64,000 nt of DNA from Camelus dromedarius (Eukaryota), in NCBI RefSeq assembly GCF_036321535.1, contig NC_087437.1:59708001-59772000 (forward strand), in the 5' to 3' direction. The notes under the pieces were generated by a model. The model had not been told where the DNA came from and did no database searches. It saw only the letters and a program-made list of their open reading frames with translations. The position numbers and the translations under genes were made by a program. Below, piece after piece: positions 62,700-64,000 of the stretch (position 1 is the first letter of the stretch; each line of letters starts with the position of its first letter).

Positions 62700-63530
62700 C
62701 CGGGCAGCAGCACTGCTTAGATGTCACTATGCCAGGACTCACCTGGGGTCTGGTTAAAATGCAGGTTCCCACTCAGATGCTGCATTTCTGACAAGTTCCC
62801 AGGTGATGCTGATGCTGCTGGCCCCAGGATCACACTCAGAAGAAAAGTGGGGTATTTTTAATAATTTTATAAAGAAATGAAAACCACATGAGTAGCAGTG
62901 ATATCATTTTATCCTGAAAATGGCCGTGAAATGAGTAGCATGGCCACTTGTAAATGTTATGCTAATACTTGCCGGGCCTTATCACTTTGTCACAGCCCTC
63001 GGGGGGCTGCCCGGGAAATGCTTCCTGGAAGCAGGGCACTTACGGTGCCAGGAGAGGGCCCATCTCAGCCTGCTTCCATCCCCAGGAATCAGCAGTCAGC
63101 CTGGGGTGGAGGGGGAGGCGGGTGTGTATTAGCTGTCCACTGACTGAAAAAATGTTCTGGTGCACCGTGGGGTTGAGAATGCAGGTTCTGGGGCGGACAG
63201 TCTGTGTTCAAATCCTGGTCATCTGCTACCACCCTGGACAAGGCACAAAAGCTCTCTGTGCCGCAGACTTCCTTATGGAAACAGGGTTGTTGAGGGGATT
63301 TTATGAGAGAACGCAGGTACAACGCTCAGTCTGGTCAGAGGTGATGGAAGCCAAGGACACGCATCACGTTCAGCGAGAAGCAGTGTGGAATCTTGGCAGC
63401 AAACACACGCTTCCTCTGCCTCATCTGTACGCACAGGGGCCCGAAACCTGCTTCACGTGGCTCCAACCCCCAAGCAGGGCGACCTCGGGCAAGTCACTTC
63501 CCTCCCGGGGCCTCAATTCCTGCGTCTACT
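62700..63530. mobile_element. Cluster of old relics: MER5-like (62700-62840) and MIR pieces (63185-63330, 63440-63530)
   Basis: ctcacctggggtctggttaaaatgcagg..tctgacaagttcccaggtgatgctgatgctgctgg; gtctgtgttcaaatcctgg; gacctcgggcaagtcacttccctcccggggcctca. Confidence 0.6.
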
Positions 63531-64000
63531 AAGGGGATTCATCAGGTCTAGGATCCTTTTCTGAGTCTGTGGCTCCCCACCAGAACTACGACCTACCATC
63601 CGTGAAATTTTGGGGGCGAACTTCAAGGGACTGTAATAGGCACCAAACTCCAGTCATCGATCTGTCTTTAAATGCAGTACCAGTGTGGGAGTACAACATG
63701 GATTTTTTGTTATTGCTTTTGTTTTAAAACCCACGTCCATATTCCAGAGAAGCCCCACCATTGGCCCAGTGTTGGCACCTGGATGCTTCCCAGTTATGAG
63801 CCCCCAGCAACGTGCTGTGGGGGGCTGGGCGTAGAGAGGCAGCACACAGGGCAGTCACTGTATTTGTTTGTTTCTGCTGATCCTTTTACTTTTGTCCTTC
63901 GTGGGCTCACAGATACAGGTTTTAGGAAACAGAAGTGGACTGTTTCCAGCTTTTTGCCTCTCTCCCTCCCTTCCTGGTGGCTTCACCAGATGTGGCTGAA

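Larger units (their letters stand above)
51826..64000 (-). other. XXYLT1: Last intron of XXYLT1 (continues beyond the window)
   Basis: No upstream XXYLT1 coding exon is recognisable in the ORF track between 51.8 and 64 kb. Confidence 0.8.

Noticed and set aside
55038..63532. Several 170-190-aa intronic ORFs (55038, 59263, 62969)
   Set aside because: They are expected by chance in GC-rich DNA, show no recognisable homology, and one includes MIR sequence.
1..64000. CRISPR arrays, rRNA, mitochondrial inserts, ERV gag/pol/env, or any prokaryote-type system
   Set aside because: None was seen. The sequence is mammalian, the LTRs are solo, and there is no regular repeat-spacer structure.

Overview
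This is mammalian genomic DNA, most likely camelid, based on a tRNA-Ala-derived Vic-1-like SINE at 56545-56667. The only supportable protein-coding sequence is the last exon of XXYLT1 (xyloside xylosyltransferase 1, GT8 family) on the minus strand. Its coding part is 51429-51825, its 3' UTR is about 1.1 kb and ends near an AATAAA at 50321-50326, and the last intron runs to the right edge of the window. Bases 1-50300 are downstream intergenic DNA dominated by transposable elements: two large nested L1 clusters (7.2-13.5 kb and 33.8-44.8 kb), MaLR/ERV solo LTRs, MIR, L2 and hAT relics. Nearly all other ORFs in the track are L1 debris or noise. I see no new gene system. The unusual signals are retrotransposition structures: (1) a non-L1, mRNA-3'UTR-like poly(A)-tailed sequence present twice, one copy fused to an inverted L1 piece; (2) a twin-primed young L1 carrying about 1 kb of apparent 3' transduction between target-site duplications (TSDs); (3) a TSD-bounded chimeric block that places an old L1MC-type 3' end inside a younger L1; (4) a 45-bp inverted-repeat-bounded micro-inversion in an intronic L1. 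Repeat family names are recognised by eye, and repeat boundaries are approximate unless a TSD is quoted.
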